A stretch of 64,000 nucleotides of DNA from positions 585,167-649,166 of the forward strand of contig NW_013657677.1 of NCBI RefSeq assembly GCF_000142905.1. Direction: 5' to 3'. How positions within the stretch are numbered: the stretch's first letter is position 1; the number at the start of each line of letters is the position of its first letter. A program made the position numbers and the translations under genes. This stretch comes from Thecamonas trahens ATCC 50062 (Eukaryota; Protista; Apusomonadida). Of the stretch, positions 1 through 10,800 are shown in pieces. The notes beneath the pieces are model-generated. The model searched no databases and was not told the DNA's origin. It saw only the letters and a program-made list of their open reading frames with translations.

Positions 1-1160
1 AGCTCCTCGCGGCCGTGGTGGTGGACGTAGAACTTGATCTCGTCGGTGGCCAGAGCGCACGCCGCCAGCACCATCGGGAGCTTTGGGCCGAGAAGGCCCG
101 GCTCGCCCGCACACATCGAGTACAGCGAGGCCAGCGCCTGCCGCAGCCACTGCCGCCGCTCGCGGTGCGTCGCTCCGGCGGTCTGGGTAAACGTCGTCGA
201 CGTCTCGACCACAAACTTCTTCTGCTTGGTCAGGTTGATGGCCGAGCCGTTGAACGAGGCAAAGACCTGCTGGAACTCGTTGTGGATGACAACAAGCACG
301 TCGCGGTGGACAGGGAGCATCGAGACGTACGAAAGAGCCGTCTTGAGGAGGCCAAACAGGTTGGCCGACGCCAGCTCGTTCGGACAAAGGAGGGTGCCAA
401 ACAGGATCCACATGGTGTACTTTTCCATGTTGCGCGCCGCAGTGTAGATGGGCCCGTTGGCCGGCACCACCGCAGCCGCCCCGGCGTGTGACACAATCGA
501 GATGTCGCCGTCGTCGCGGAGCTGCGCTGTCGAGAGCAGCTTCATGTACGGCATCTGCAGCGTGGTCAGCGCCGAGCCGACCAGCGACGAGATCGACGCA
601 AACTCCTCGATGAGCCGCTCGCGCGGCTCAGAGTACTCCTGCAGGTACGTGCAAATGCCCGAGTAGTGCTCCTCCTCCTTGAGTTTCATCCGAAAGTACG
701 CACGGGCGTAAAAGCCGACCACAATCCGGCGCTCCGCAACCGACGCCACAAGCATCTGCAGCTGCGCGTACGCCACCATCAGATCGAGGTACTCGGTCAT
801 TTGGCGCGGGTTGATGCTCATGTCCAACGTCCGCGTCGACGTCGACATGTCCGCAAGCACCTTGTACGCCACCTCCTTGAACTCGAGGCACTCCTGGAAC
901 ACAAAGTAGTACTCCTGGAGCTCGGCCTCGTACTGCTGCGCGTTGCGGTCGACAAGGTCGTACCCGGGCATGCTCTCAAAGTTGGGCGGGACAGACGGAA
1001 AGTGCTTCTCGATCGCCGCGTGCATCTTCTTCAGCGCCGGCTCGCGCATGGCCTCGGGCGCACGGTCCGAGTTGAACGTCGTCTTGAGGTTGTACACCCT
1101 CGTCAGCATACCCTGCGCGTGCTCATTGAGCAGCACAAGCGCTTCCGCGTTACTCGACAT
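1..1160 (-). CDS. NCKAP1: Nck-associated protein 1 (Nap1/Hem-2), WAVE/SCAR regulatory complex subunit; 3' end runs off the window
   Basis: Not in the ORF track because there is no stop within the window. Manual translation from ATG 1160 gives MSSNAEALVLLNEHAQGMLTRVYNLK...ELQEYYFVFQECLEFKE...YLDLMVAYAQL...ERRIVVGFY. This aligns with the NCKAP1 N-terminus as I recall it ([21 protein letters not shown]...LYYFTFVDVMEFKD...YLDLIITY...ERKAIIGLY). Confidence 0.9.
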   Translation of the reverse strand, partial: MSSNAEALVLLNEHAQGMLTRVYNLKTTFNSDRAPEAMREPALKKMHAAIEKHFPSVPPNFESMPGYDLVDRNAQQYEAELQEYYFVFQECLEFKEVAYKVLADMSTSTRTLDMSINPRQMTEYLDLMVAYAQLQMLVASVAERRIVVGFYARAYFRMKLKEEEHYSGICTYLQEYSEPRERLIEEFASISSLVGSALTTLQMPYMKLLSTAQLRDDGDISIVSHAGAAAVVPANGPIYTAARNMEKYTMWILFGTLLCPNELASANLFGLLKTALSYVSMLPVHRDVLVVIHNEFQQVFASFNGSAINLTKQKKFVVETSTTFTQTAGATHRERRQWLRQALASLYSMCAGEPGLLGPKLPMVLAACALATDEIKFYVHHHGREE

Positions 1161-1233
1161 GTCTATTCCCTCCATACCCTCGCTTGTTAGTGAACCATCT
1201 TCCGTTTTGCCCGAGCGAGTCCCTTTGCCCGAG

Positions 1234-1272
1234 CCAGCCAGCCAAGCCAGCCAGCCAGCCAGCCAGCCAGCC
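1234..1272. repeat. (CCAG)n tetranucleotide microsatellite upstream of NCKAP1
   Basis: cagccagccaagccagccagccagccagccagccagcc. Confidence 0.8.
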
Positions 1273-1863
1273 ACTCTTGCCCCCCGCAGCGACCCTAGCC
1301 CCCGTCGCCCCCACGCTGCCACACCCTCTCATTTCCTCCTCCTCCTCCTCCTCCACCACCCCTCCTCCACCCTCTCTCCCCACCACTCCTTCCCCCCTCC
1401 CATCCCTCCTCGCTTGCCGCAAGGAACACCTTGTCGGAAGGTCATGGTGGTGCCTTCCTCGTTCAGGCGAAAAAATGGCAACGGCCCCAAGGTCGGCTTC
1501 CGAGCTGGGGGGAGTGGTCATGCATGGTACGGGGAAGAGTAGCTCGTCTGGCATGGCCTACACTGGGGGGGGGATACCATGAACTATAGCTATGTCCATC
1601 CCTATCCCCTCCCCGCCCAACACACTCGCTTCTCTCTCTCTTCGTCCTCCCTTTCCTCTCTTGCTCATGCTCTCCTCGTCGACGTACGAATCCAAGCGCG
1701 GAGAGACCGGTGGCGAGTCGCCCAACCACGAGGTCGGCCAGCGAGATCAGCAGCTGCGGGGGGAGTTGTATGATTTGGGTGCGACCAATGGCAAAAAAAT
1801 TGTAATTGGTGCACAACCGTCACCCACGACCACGTGCGCACATACGCATTCATTGCCACAGCC

Positions 1864-4800
1864 TCACGGGGTAGCGTTGAGGCTCCTCGCCGCCGCCGCG
1901 CGCGGCTTCATCGCGCTTTTCACCCGCAGCATTGACTCGAGCTCGGTGACCTTGGCCTTGAGCGAGACCTGCTTCTCGCGGGCGGCCCGCGCGGCGGCGA
2001 TGACCGCCAGGCGCGACTCCTCGTTGGCCACCGAGCCTGACGAGGTCGAGAGCCGGCGGCCCTGCTGGAAGAGCTTGCGCTTGAGCGTTGAGTTTTCGGC
2101 GTCGAGTGCAACAACCTTGGCCTCGAGATCCTCGACCTCTACCAGCAGCTCGTCGTACATGGCGGCAGACTGCGCGCGCTCGTTCTCGAGCGCGGCGCGT
2201 TCCTTCCGGCCGGTCACGTGGATCTTCTGCTTGACGGCGAGGAAGCCGGCCTCGATTTCCTTGGCTAGCGCAAGCTCCAACTCGTACTCGGCCTCCTTGG
2301 CTGCCAGCTCGTCGCGGAGCGCGGCCAGCGCCGCCTGCAGCTCGGCGTTGTCCGGATCCTCCGCCGCCGCTGCCTCGAGTTCCTCCAGCCGCGACTCCAT
2401 GACCGCAATGGCCTTGCGGTGCTCGGCCGAGGCCTTGAACGACGCCAGCTCGTTCTGTGCTGCATACAGCGAGTGCGCCAGCTGCGCCTTGTCTTCTTCC
2501 GCCGCCGCCGCTTCCTCCTCCATCATCTGCTTCTCGTGCTGCAGCCGCCGGGTCGCATCCATCTCGTCAAGGAGCAGGGCCGAGACGGCCGAGACCACCT
2601 CACCGCTTGCGTTCTGGTTGCTCACCTGCACTTCTTCCAGCCGCGCCAGCCGGCGGACCCGGGACTTGAGCGAGCCAACCAGCTGCTGCAGCTCATCCGG
2701 CCCGAGCGCCTCCTCCTCCTTGCTCACCACCCGCAGCGACTCGGATGCGATGCTGGCCTTGGTCTCTGCCTCGATCTCCTGCAGCAGCGCCGTCTCGGTC
2801 TGGGCCCGCTTCAACTCGCGCTGCAGTGCCGCCTTGGCGTTCTTCACCGTCCGCATGAGGCCCGGCGAGACCGTGCCGTCGAGCCGGACGCTCGACTGCG
2901 CTTTGGCAAGCTGCTGCGACGCCTGGAGCAGCGCAGTGGCGTTGGCCGCTCGCCGCTGCGCGTGGTAAACGCGCACGCTCTCGAGCTTGGCGCCTAGCAC
3001 GGCGGGATGCTCTGACGGGAGGCCTTCAAACACTGCGTCCACCTCCTCCACCGCTGATTCGACGCTGTGACCTGGCTCGTGCGCAAGCCCCCGCAGCCGC
3101 CGCCGCAGCATCATCGCCGCGGGCTCGACCTCGTCCACGGTCGCCGCGCTCACGGTGAGCGGAACTAGCTGACCGTCGCCGCTCCGCACCGCAACGACGT
3201 TGTCTTCCACGTCCGAGTGGTCGTCCGCGTCGTGACCCTGCCCGAGATCCTCGGCCTCGATCTCGGATCGGAGCACAGCTTGCAGGTGCGCAAGCAAGTC
3301 AAGCCGCTCCGCCGCAGCCGCATCGTGCTCGCGGATCACCTCGCGGACAGCAGCCGCGCCCTCGTCGCCTGCCGCCTCGAGCCCGGCCATCACACTGTGA
3401 GCCTGTTCCGACACGTGCTTGCACACACTGTTGGCCTCGTGCATCGCCTCGGTCTGCCGGCTTGTCTCGGCCTCGGTTACCTCGGGAGGCACGCCGAGGA
3501 GAGTCCGCGCAAGCCGCAGCCCGCGCTCGCCGCCGCCCACAGCATGCACCTTGTCGAGCACGCGGGAGACCCGTGCGCTATCGGCGCGGCTTCGCGCGAG
3601 TTGGTATGCCCACCGCCGCACGTACGCTTGCGGCGCCAGCGCGCGTTGGCCGGAAACAAGGTGGCGCAGCATTGCAACTACCTGTCGCCCGCCCTCGGTC
3701 TGTCCAGCCTTGGCCTCCACCTCATCGAGCGCATCGATTGCCTGTGCGGGTGTCGGCGAGTTGGACAGCGCTTCCGCGACGACCCTGGCTGCCACCAGGC
3801 TTTCAGCCACCGCCTTCGCCCCACCCGCTGGCACCAGCAGCGTTGTATCTGCCACATCCAAGCTCTCGCCGACGCTAGACTCGACCTCTGCCAACCGACC
3901 CAGCACCTCGGCTTGGCTTTCTAGCAGCCGGATCGTCGACGCCAGCGCAGCCTCGAACGGCACAGGCAGCAGCGGCTCGCGGAGCCAGGAGGTGACGCCG
4001 TGAGCCTTGCGACAGAGCTCGGTCTCGGTCTTGTTGACCGCCACATCGTTGTTGGCCACGCCGTCAGCGTTGCTCACTGCTACCCGCAGCTCATCGAGCA
4101 TGCCCACCCGCGACCTTCCGGCGTCAACAGCCTCGGCCGCATACCACCGAAGCATGGCCGCAAGGTCATCGACCGCGTCAAGCGCCGCATCGCGCTCGCC
4201 CAACAGCGCAAGGCAGCGCGCCCGACTAGTGTCAAGCCCCGATTCGCTCGTTCGCAGCGCTTCCGAGAGGCTCGCAATAGCCTCCGTGCTCCGTGCCAGG
4301 CCGGCCTCCAGCGTCGCAAACGTGTCAGCCACGCTCGTGCCGGACTTGCTCAGCCGCCGCGCGTCGGCCACAGCGGCGCTCGAGCTCTCGGGTCGGCTAG
4401 ATACCTCAAACAGTGCCGAAGATCCCGCGGCGCGCGCCTCGTCGAGGCCAGCATTCGCCAATGCAGCATTGAGGTCGGCCAAAGCGCTGCTCGCCTGCTC
4501 CGCTAGCGTGCTGTCAAGCATGGCCAACGCATCTTGAGTAGCCTGTAGCACTTGGTTCGTCTCGTCCAACGTCTTCCGGGATTGGTTCAGCTGACTCTGT
4601 TCTTCATCAAGCTCGCGTCTGGTGTTGAGCAGTGACTGCGAGGTTGTCTGGGTCCGGACCTCGAGCTCCGCAAGTGCTGCCTTGCTCGCCGCCAGCTCGT
4701 CGCGCAGCGTCTTGACCATGTCGATCGATGTGGCGTGCGCAGCCTGCCGCCATTCGGCGGCAGCCTCCATGCCGGCCTCCAGCTCGGCACCCTTGAGCCG

Positions 4801-7800
4801 AGCCACGGCGTGCTCGACCGCCGACGCCCGCGCCACCAGCCCATGATCATGGGCCCGCGCCACCTCCTCGGCCTCGAGCACAATCCGCCGGGTCTCGGCC
4901 AAGTCGGCTCGACCGCTCGATTCACAAGCAGCCAGCGCCTCGCGCAGCGCAGCCACGCGGGCCCGAGTCTCGGCCGCATCTGGCGCTGGCACACCCATCT
5001 TCACAGCAACCTCGGCAGGCACCATCGCAGCACGGTGTTCGGCAAGCATGTCCGAGAGCACGTCGGCAGCAACGTCGTTGCTCGCATCGAGGCTCGCCAG
5101 CGAAGCAGCCTTGGCCTCGCGCGCACCCTCGAGCTTGGCCATCAGCTTGGCCTGCTGCGCAGGCTTAGTCACCTCGAGCAGCTGGCGCGAGAGCGCCGCA
5201 ATTTCGGCGTCGGCCGCCCGTGCCACCTCAGCAGATGTTGCCTCGAACTCGCCCTGAACTCGCTGGCTCGCCGCAGTCAGGAGAGCACCCAGATCCGAGA
5301 GCGGCGCACCGCTCGCCGCCGCCCACACTCCGGCTTCAGCCTTGGCCCGCGCCAAAAACTCGATCTTGGCCACAAGCACGCTGTCGCGTTCGGCGCCAGC
5401 TGCCTCGGCTGCTCGGCTGAGCTCAGCACACACCTGAGCCTGCACCGGCCCGGCGCCAGCCTGTGCCGCATGCGTCGCAATGTCAGCGAGCATGGCACTC
5501 GTCGAAAGCGCGTTAGCCTCTCGCAGCGCCTCGTAGTGGTCCCCTAGCACGCCAAGGACGTCGTCAAGCGAAGCCGCGGGGAGCGCAGGAGCGGGGGCAG
5601 CGACGACAGACGCCGGCGCAAGAGTCGCCACAAGCGGGGTGTCATCATCAGGCTGGGTGTGGTTCTCTTGCGCCTGAGCCTGCGGCTGTGCCCGAGTCCG
5701 GGCCTGCCACGGCGCTTCCGCTGCCATGTCCTCAAACCGGGGACCGGCGGTCGGCGCGACACCCGACGCAGACGTCATTTCGGTCAGCAGCGCGTCGAGC
5801 GACGAGGCCTGCGCCTTGAGGTCAGCCTCGTGGAGCGCAGAGAGCCGCGAGACCTGGGCTGCGAGCTGGGTCCGCGACTCCCGGAGCTCGCGCGCGTCGG
5901 CGGCTAGCACCGCACGCTCCTTGGTGGCCAGCGCGAGCTGGTCCACCAACGACGCGATGCGGGCATCCTGCTCAATGGCGTGCTCGTCGGCGAGCGCCAC
6001 CATCTGATGCAGCGCGCGCTGCGTCTCGGCAAACATCCTCCGCGATTCGTTGAGGTTGGGCGATGGCTGCACAGTTTTGAGCTCGTCGAGCCGCTCACGA
6101 ACAGCGGCCAGGTGCGCAGAGTGGATCGAGTTGCTGCGGGTCTGGCGCTGGCGAAGATGCGCCACTGTCCGCGCTGCCGCCGGACCGTCGCTCTGCGAGC
6201 CGGGCATGGCCCGGAGCAGGGCCTCGGTCTCGCGCGACGCCGACCGCTCGCGCTGCGCCACCCGTCGAACGACCGAGTCGGCGGCTACTCGCTCCGCGTC
6301 GTCCTGTGCCGCCTCGGCCTCCATCATAAACTCGAGCAACCGACCAAGCTGTCCGTCGGCGGCAGTCCTGCCGGTCTCGGCGGCGCGGTGCCAGACATTC
6401 GCTTCGCGCTGAAGGTCATCAACCCGCTGGGTAAGGACCTTGGCCCGGGCCGAGCCCGGCTCGGCCACAGCCAGTTCGGCCTGAACGCCGGCCAGCGTCG
6501 CGGTCATGCCTGTCGTGTATGCCTCGGCCTTGGCGGCGTAGATGTCGGCGAGGCGGCCGCGCGCCTCACGGAGAGCACGTGCTGCCTGGGTGGGCGGCAC
6601 GCCCTGCGCATCGACAATGGCGCGCCGGACAATAACATGGGCGGCGTGGACCGCATCGTGGATGATTGCCTTGTCCTCGAGCGCGGCCTCTACAGCGCGC
6701 GCTTCACCGTCAGATCCAGCATCGGCAAGCCGGGCCTCGAGAACCGACTTTTCCGCCTTGTGTGCGAGTGCCAGCCTCGCCATCCGTGCGTCGGCATCGG
6801 CAAGCGCCTGGGCAAGACTTGCGCCAATGGTGTAGGCAAAGTAGTCAGGCTCGGTACCATTTGGCGACGGCGCGTCTCCGTCGTCGTCAGCCATGCTCCG
6901 CAGCTGCGCCGTGGTGAGTGCGTGCAGTCGGTGGAGCTGGAATTGCGACTCGTTGGCCTCGTGGCGGACCCGCGAGAGCTCGTCCTGGACTTCGCCGAGC
7001 TGACCGGCGAGCTCTTCGGTGGCGTCGGCGGCAAGCGCCACGCCGCGCGGTGAGCGAGAGGCGGACGGACCAGCGGCGAGCTGCAGCTTGAGCATGTCGA
7101 GATTGCGCGCGCCGCGGTCCATGGCGGCCTCGCGAGCTGCACGGAGCTTGTTGGCAATGTGCGAGACCTTGGCAGACGTGGCCTTTTGCGAGGCCGAGAG
7201 CTCGGCGGCGAGCTGATCATGACCGGCGTCGTGGATGCGATCGAGCTCGGCCTCATACCGCTCCGAGAGCTCCTCGACGGCGTGGAGGACGCTGCGGACG
7301 CTCGCGCTATCGAGGCGCGTCTTGGTGAGCGAGTCGCGGAGCTTGCGGGCTTCGCCGCCCACGTCGGTGGCGGCGTCACGAAGCGCCGACGCCAGACTCC
7401 GCGTGTACTGCGGGAGCGGCGAGGACTGGGCGACGGCGGCGGTGCAGGACGATGCTAAGAGAGCCTCGGCGGCGGCAGCGCAACGCTGATGGGCGTGGTG
7501 GAGAGCATCGATCTCGGCCACGGACCGCGCCTTGGCCTCGGCCATGGCAGCCAGCAGCTGGCCCTGTCGGCGCTCGGATAGCTTCTTGGTCTCCAGCTCG
7601 GCCATGATGCCCGTGAGCTTGGATTGGAGCTGGGTGCGAAGATCGAGCTCGGACCGCTCTGTGGCGGCGGCAGACTCGGCGAGGAGTTTGGCAGTGGCGG
7701 CTTGGACAGCGTCGGCGCGGGCAAGGACGTTGGCGACCGACGCCGACTCGATGAGCGCAACATGGGTGTGGAGCTCGTCGAGTCGCTCAAAGTGAGCATG

Positions 7801-10800
7801 CGAGGCCCGGGTCTTGAGCGCGGCAATCTCGGCCATTGTGGCATCAAAGAGCTGCGGGTCGTCGATGGTCTTGAGTCGTGCCTGGTGGTCCGCCAGCGCG
7901 GCGGCTGCCAGCTGGGTTGCAGTCTCGTCGGCTTCGCTCGCCCGAGCAACGTGCTCGGCGCGAAAGTCGGCAATGACAGCCTCGACAGCAGCTTCAGAGG
8001 TTGGGGCAGCGTCGGTGAGGGCGGCAGCGAGGCGGTCAAGAAGTGCAAGCTTGGCAGCAGCAGCGGAGCGCGAGGCCGCAGCGGTAGCCTCGGCGCGCGA
8101 CGTAGCGAGTGAGGTCTCCAGCCGGATGCGGGCCTTGACACCCTTGGACGTCGCGCCGGAGAGTTGCTGGAGCATGGCTGCAACAGCGTCGTTGGCGGTC
8201 TCCTTGGCAGCGGTGGCTTGGGAGAGCGCGGCAGCGTTGACTGAGGCACGGGCGGCGTCAACGTTGGCGAGGGCGCGGTCGAGCGGCGAGCCGGTAGCGG
8301 CCAGCTCGGCCGCAACGCGCGCAATAAAGTTGGCGACGGCGTTTCCTGCCGCAACATTGGCCTCGGCTTGAGCGCGAAGGGCATCAAGCTGGGCGTCAGC
8401 GTCGGCTTCGGCGTGGAGCGCAGCCTGGGCCGACTCAAACGAGACGGCATCAAACGAGGCCGAGCGATTGAGGGCCGAGGCCGAGTCGTTGAGGGTGTTC
8501 TCGAGGGCACCCGCGGCGGCCCGGAGTGCGGCAATCTTGACATCGAGCAAGGCCGAGGAGGCCGAGAGCTGGGCAGCGCGCGCAGCGGTAGTCTCAGCCT
8601 CAGCCTCGGCAACAACCGCAAAGGCTGGCTCGAGATCCGGAACCGAAACGAGGGCCTCAAACTCGGCAAGCGACAAAGTGTATTCGTCCCAGCTTGCGCG
8701 CACAGACGAGGTCTCGGACGGCGATGCCGCCACCGATGAGAGGAGGGCGAGTAGGTCGGCTTCGCGAGCTTGCAGCGTCTTGAACGCTGAGACCTGCTCG
8801 GCGAGCAAAAGCCCTTGCATCATGGACATGTGCTCCAGCAGCCGGGCGGCATCTTGCCTTGAAGCGAGGAGCGCGTCGCGGCCATCAGCGGACGACGCCC
8901 TGGCAGCCTCGATCCGGGCGGCGAGCGCGGCGATGCGGTCTTCGGTGGCGGCATGGGTGCTGTCATGGGTGGCAGCAACAGAGGCCAGTGCATTGGAGAG
9001 TGCGGTTTCGAGCACGGCCTGCCGCTCGGCGCCCAGGCGGGCCAGCTTGCCGAGGAGCTCCGACTGGGCAACAAGCGTGTCGCGGACGTCTGTCTCTTCT
9101 GGGAGCGAGTCCTGGAGAGACCGAAAGGCGTCCAGGGCGGCTTGATACTCGGCATCAAGCTCGTCAAGCGACTCCTGGACTGCCGGCGGCTCGTGCGCGG
9201 CAAGGGTGGACGAGAGTGCCAGCGAGGATGCCGCGACGGTAGTGGCATCGCTGTCTGCTACTGTGAGGGCATCGAGAGCGGCATGAGTCGAGGCGGCATC
9301 GAGAGTCAGCTGCGCAGCCACGTCCGATGCTTTGGAGATGGCGGCGGTGAGCAAGGCAGACGAGGCGGAGGAGCGCGACGTGGTGAGCGAGGTGGCAGCG
9401 GCCTGGTTGGCAACGACGGCAGATAGCGATGACCGGAGGTCATCAAGTGCCTTTTCGGCAGCCTCTTTGCCCTCGAGAAGGGAGGCTTCCTGGGCAAGGC
9501 CCACGTTGAGGTGTTCGGTGAGCTGGCCGACCTGGGCGTCTGCTTCGCGGCGGGCGGCGTCGACGAGCTCGAGGCGCGAGGTGAGGCTGTCGATCGAGGT
9601 CGACTGCGCGACAACCGACGAGGAGAGGCGGGCAAGGAGGTCCTCGAGCTGATGAGCCTGGATCTGGATCTGCTGGATGACGTGCTCGCGGCGCCACTGG
9701 ACAAGACGCAGCCTGTCAAGCACGTCTGCGCCCTCGGATGGCGTCGACGCATTGGAGCCGAGCTGTGGCGTTGACGATGCCGAGAGCGAGTCGGCAAGCG
9801 GCGCGTCCAGCGTGCGGAGCAGATCGCCAAGGGTGGCGAGGTGGGAAGCGAGCGTGTTGTCATGGGCTAGCATCTCGCCGGTGAGAGCCTTTTCTAGCGA
9901 GGTGAGGCGGACTTGGGCGGCGACAACGTCGGAGCGGGTAGCAGCCATGGCATCTTCGAGCTCATCGTTGGCTGCCTGGACCTGACGGAGGCGAGCACGG
10001 AGGCCCGACGCCTTCTTGTTGGCCTTGAGCAACTCGGCGTTTTCAGCCTGCAGAAGCTCGAGTCGCGAATTGAGAGCCTGGAGGTGCGTGACGCCGATTT
10101 CATGACGAGGCGTCGGCGATGGAGACCGCGGTGGCGTCGGCGGCGCCGAGACGGGCTGGCTAGAACGCGACAAAAGCTCGGCCTCGGCCATTGTGCGGAG
10201 GAGCTCTGCGGCACGCGTGGCACGAGTTTGGGCGGCGAGTGCGTCACGAGTCTCGGCAAGCTCTGCCGCGAGACCAGTTGTAGTCGCCTCGAGCTCCTCA
10301 ACTCGAGAGCATGCTGCGGCATGGCGGGCCTTGTACTCGTCCAGTTCGGCACGGGTCGAGGCTAGATCCTGAGTGAGCGTCGCCGAGTGGACTACCTCGT
10401 CCGAGAGCGAGGCGGCGGTCTTCTGCAGCTTGACCTCGAGATCTTGCTCGCGGGCGGCGAGGTGCTTGGCAAGCGAGTCGGCGTAAGCTGGTTCAGCGAT
10501 GGCGGCAGCGGCCTCGACCTGGGCAGCGTATCCGATGTTGCCGGTGGGGGCGGGTGCGTTGAGCGATTCAGCGTCGGCGAGCGCGGCCGCTAGCGCGGGG
10601 CGTGGGGTCGGGAGCTCGGAACGAACAAATGCGATGGCGGCGGAAGCAGCAGAGCAGACGTCTGCGTTGTGGTTCGCAGCATGGCATGCATCGTAGACCG
10701 CGAGGTCAGCGAGGCCAAGCGGGAGGCCACCGGAAGCGCTGGAGCCGGCCACGAGCGCGACAGCACGATCGACAGACGGGCAGGCAGCGGTAGCAAGGGC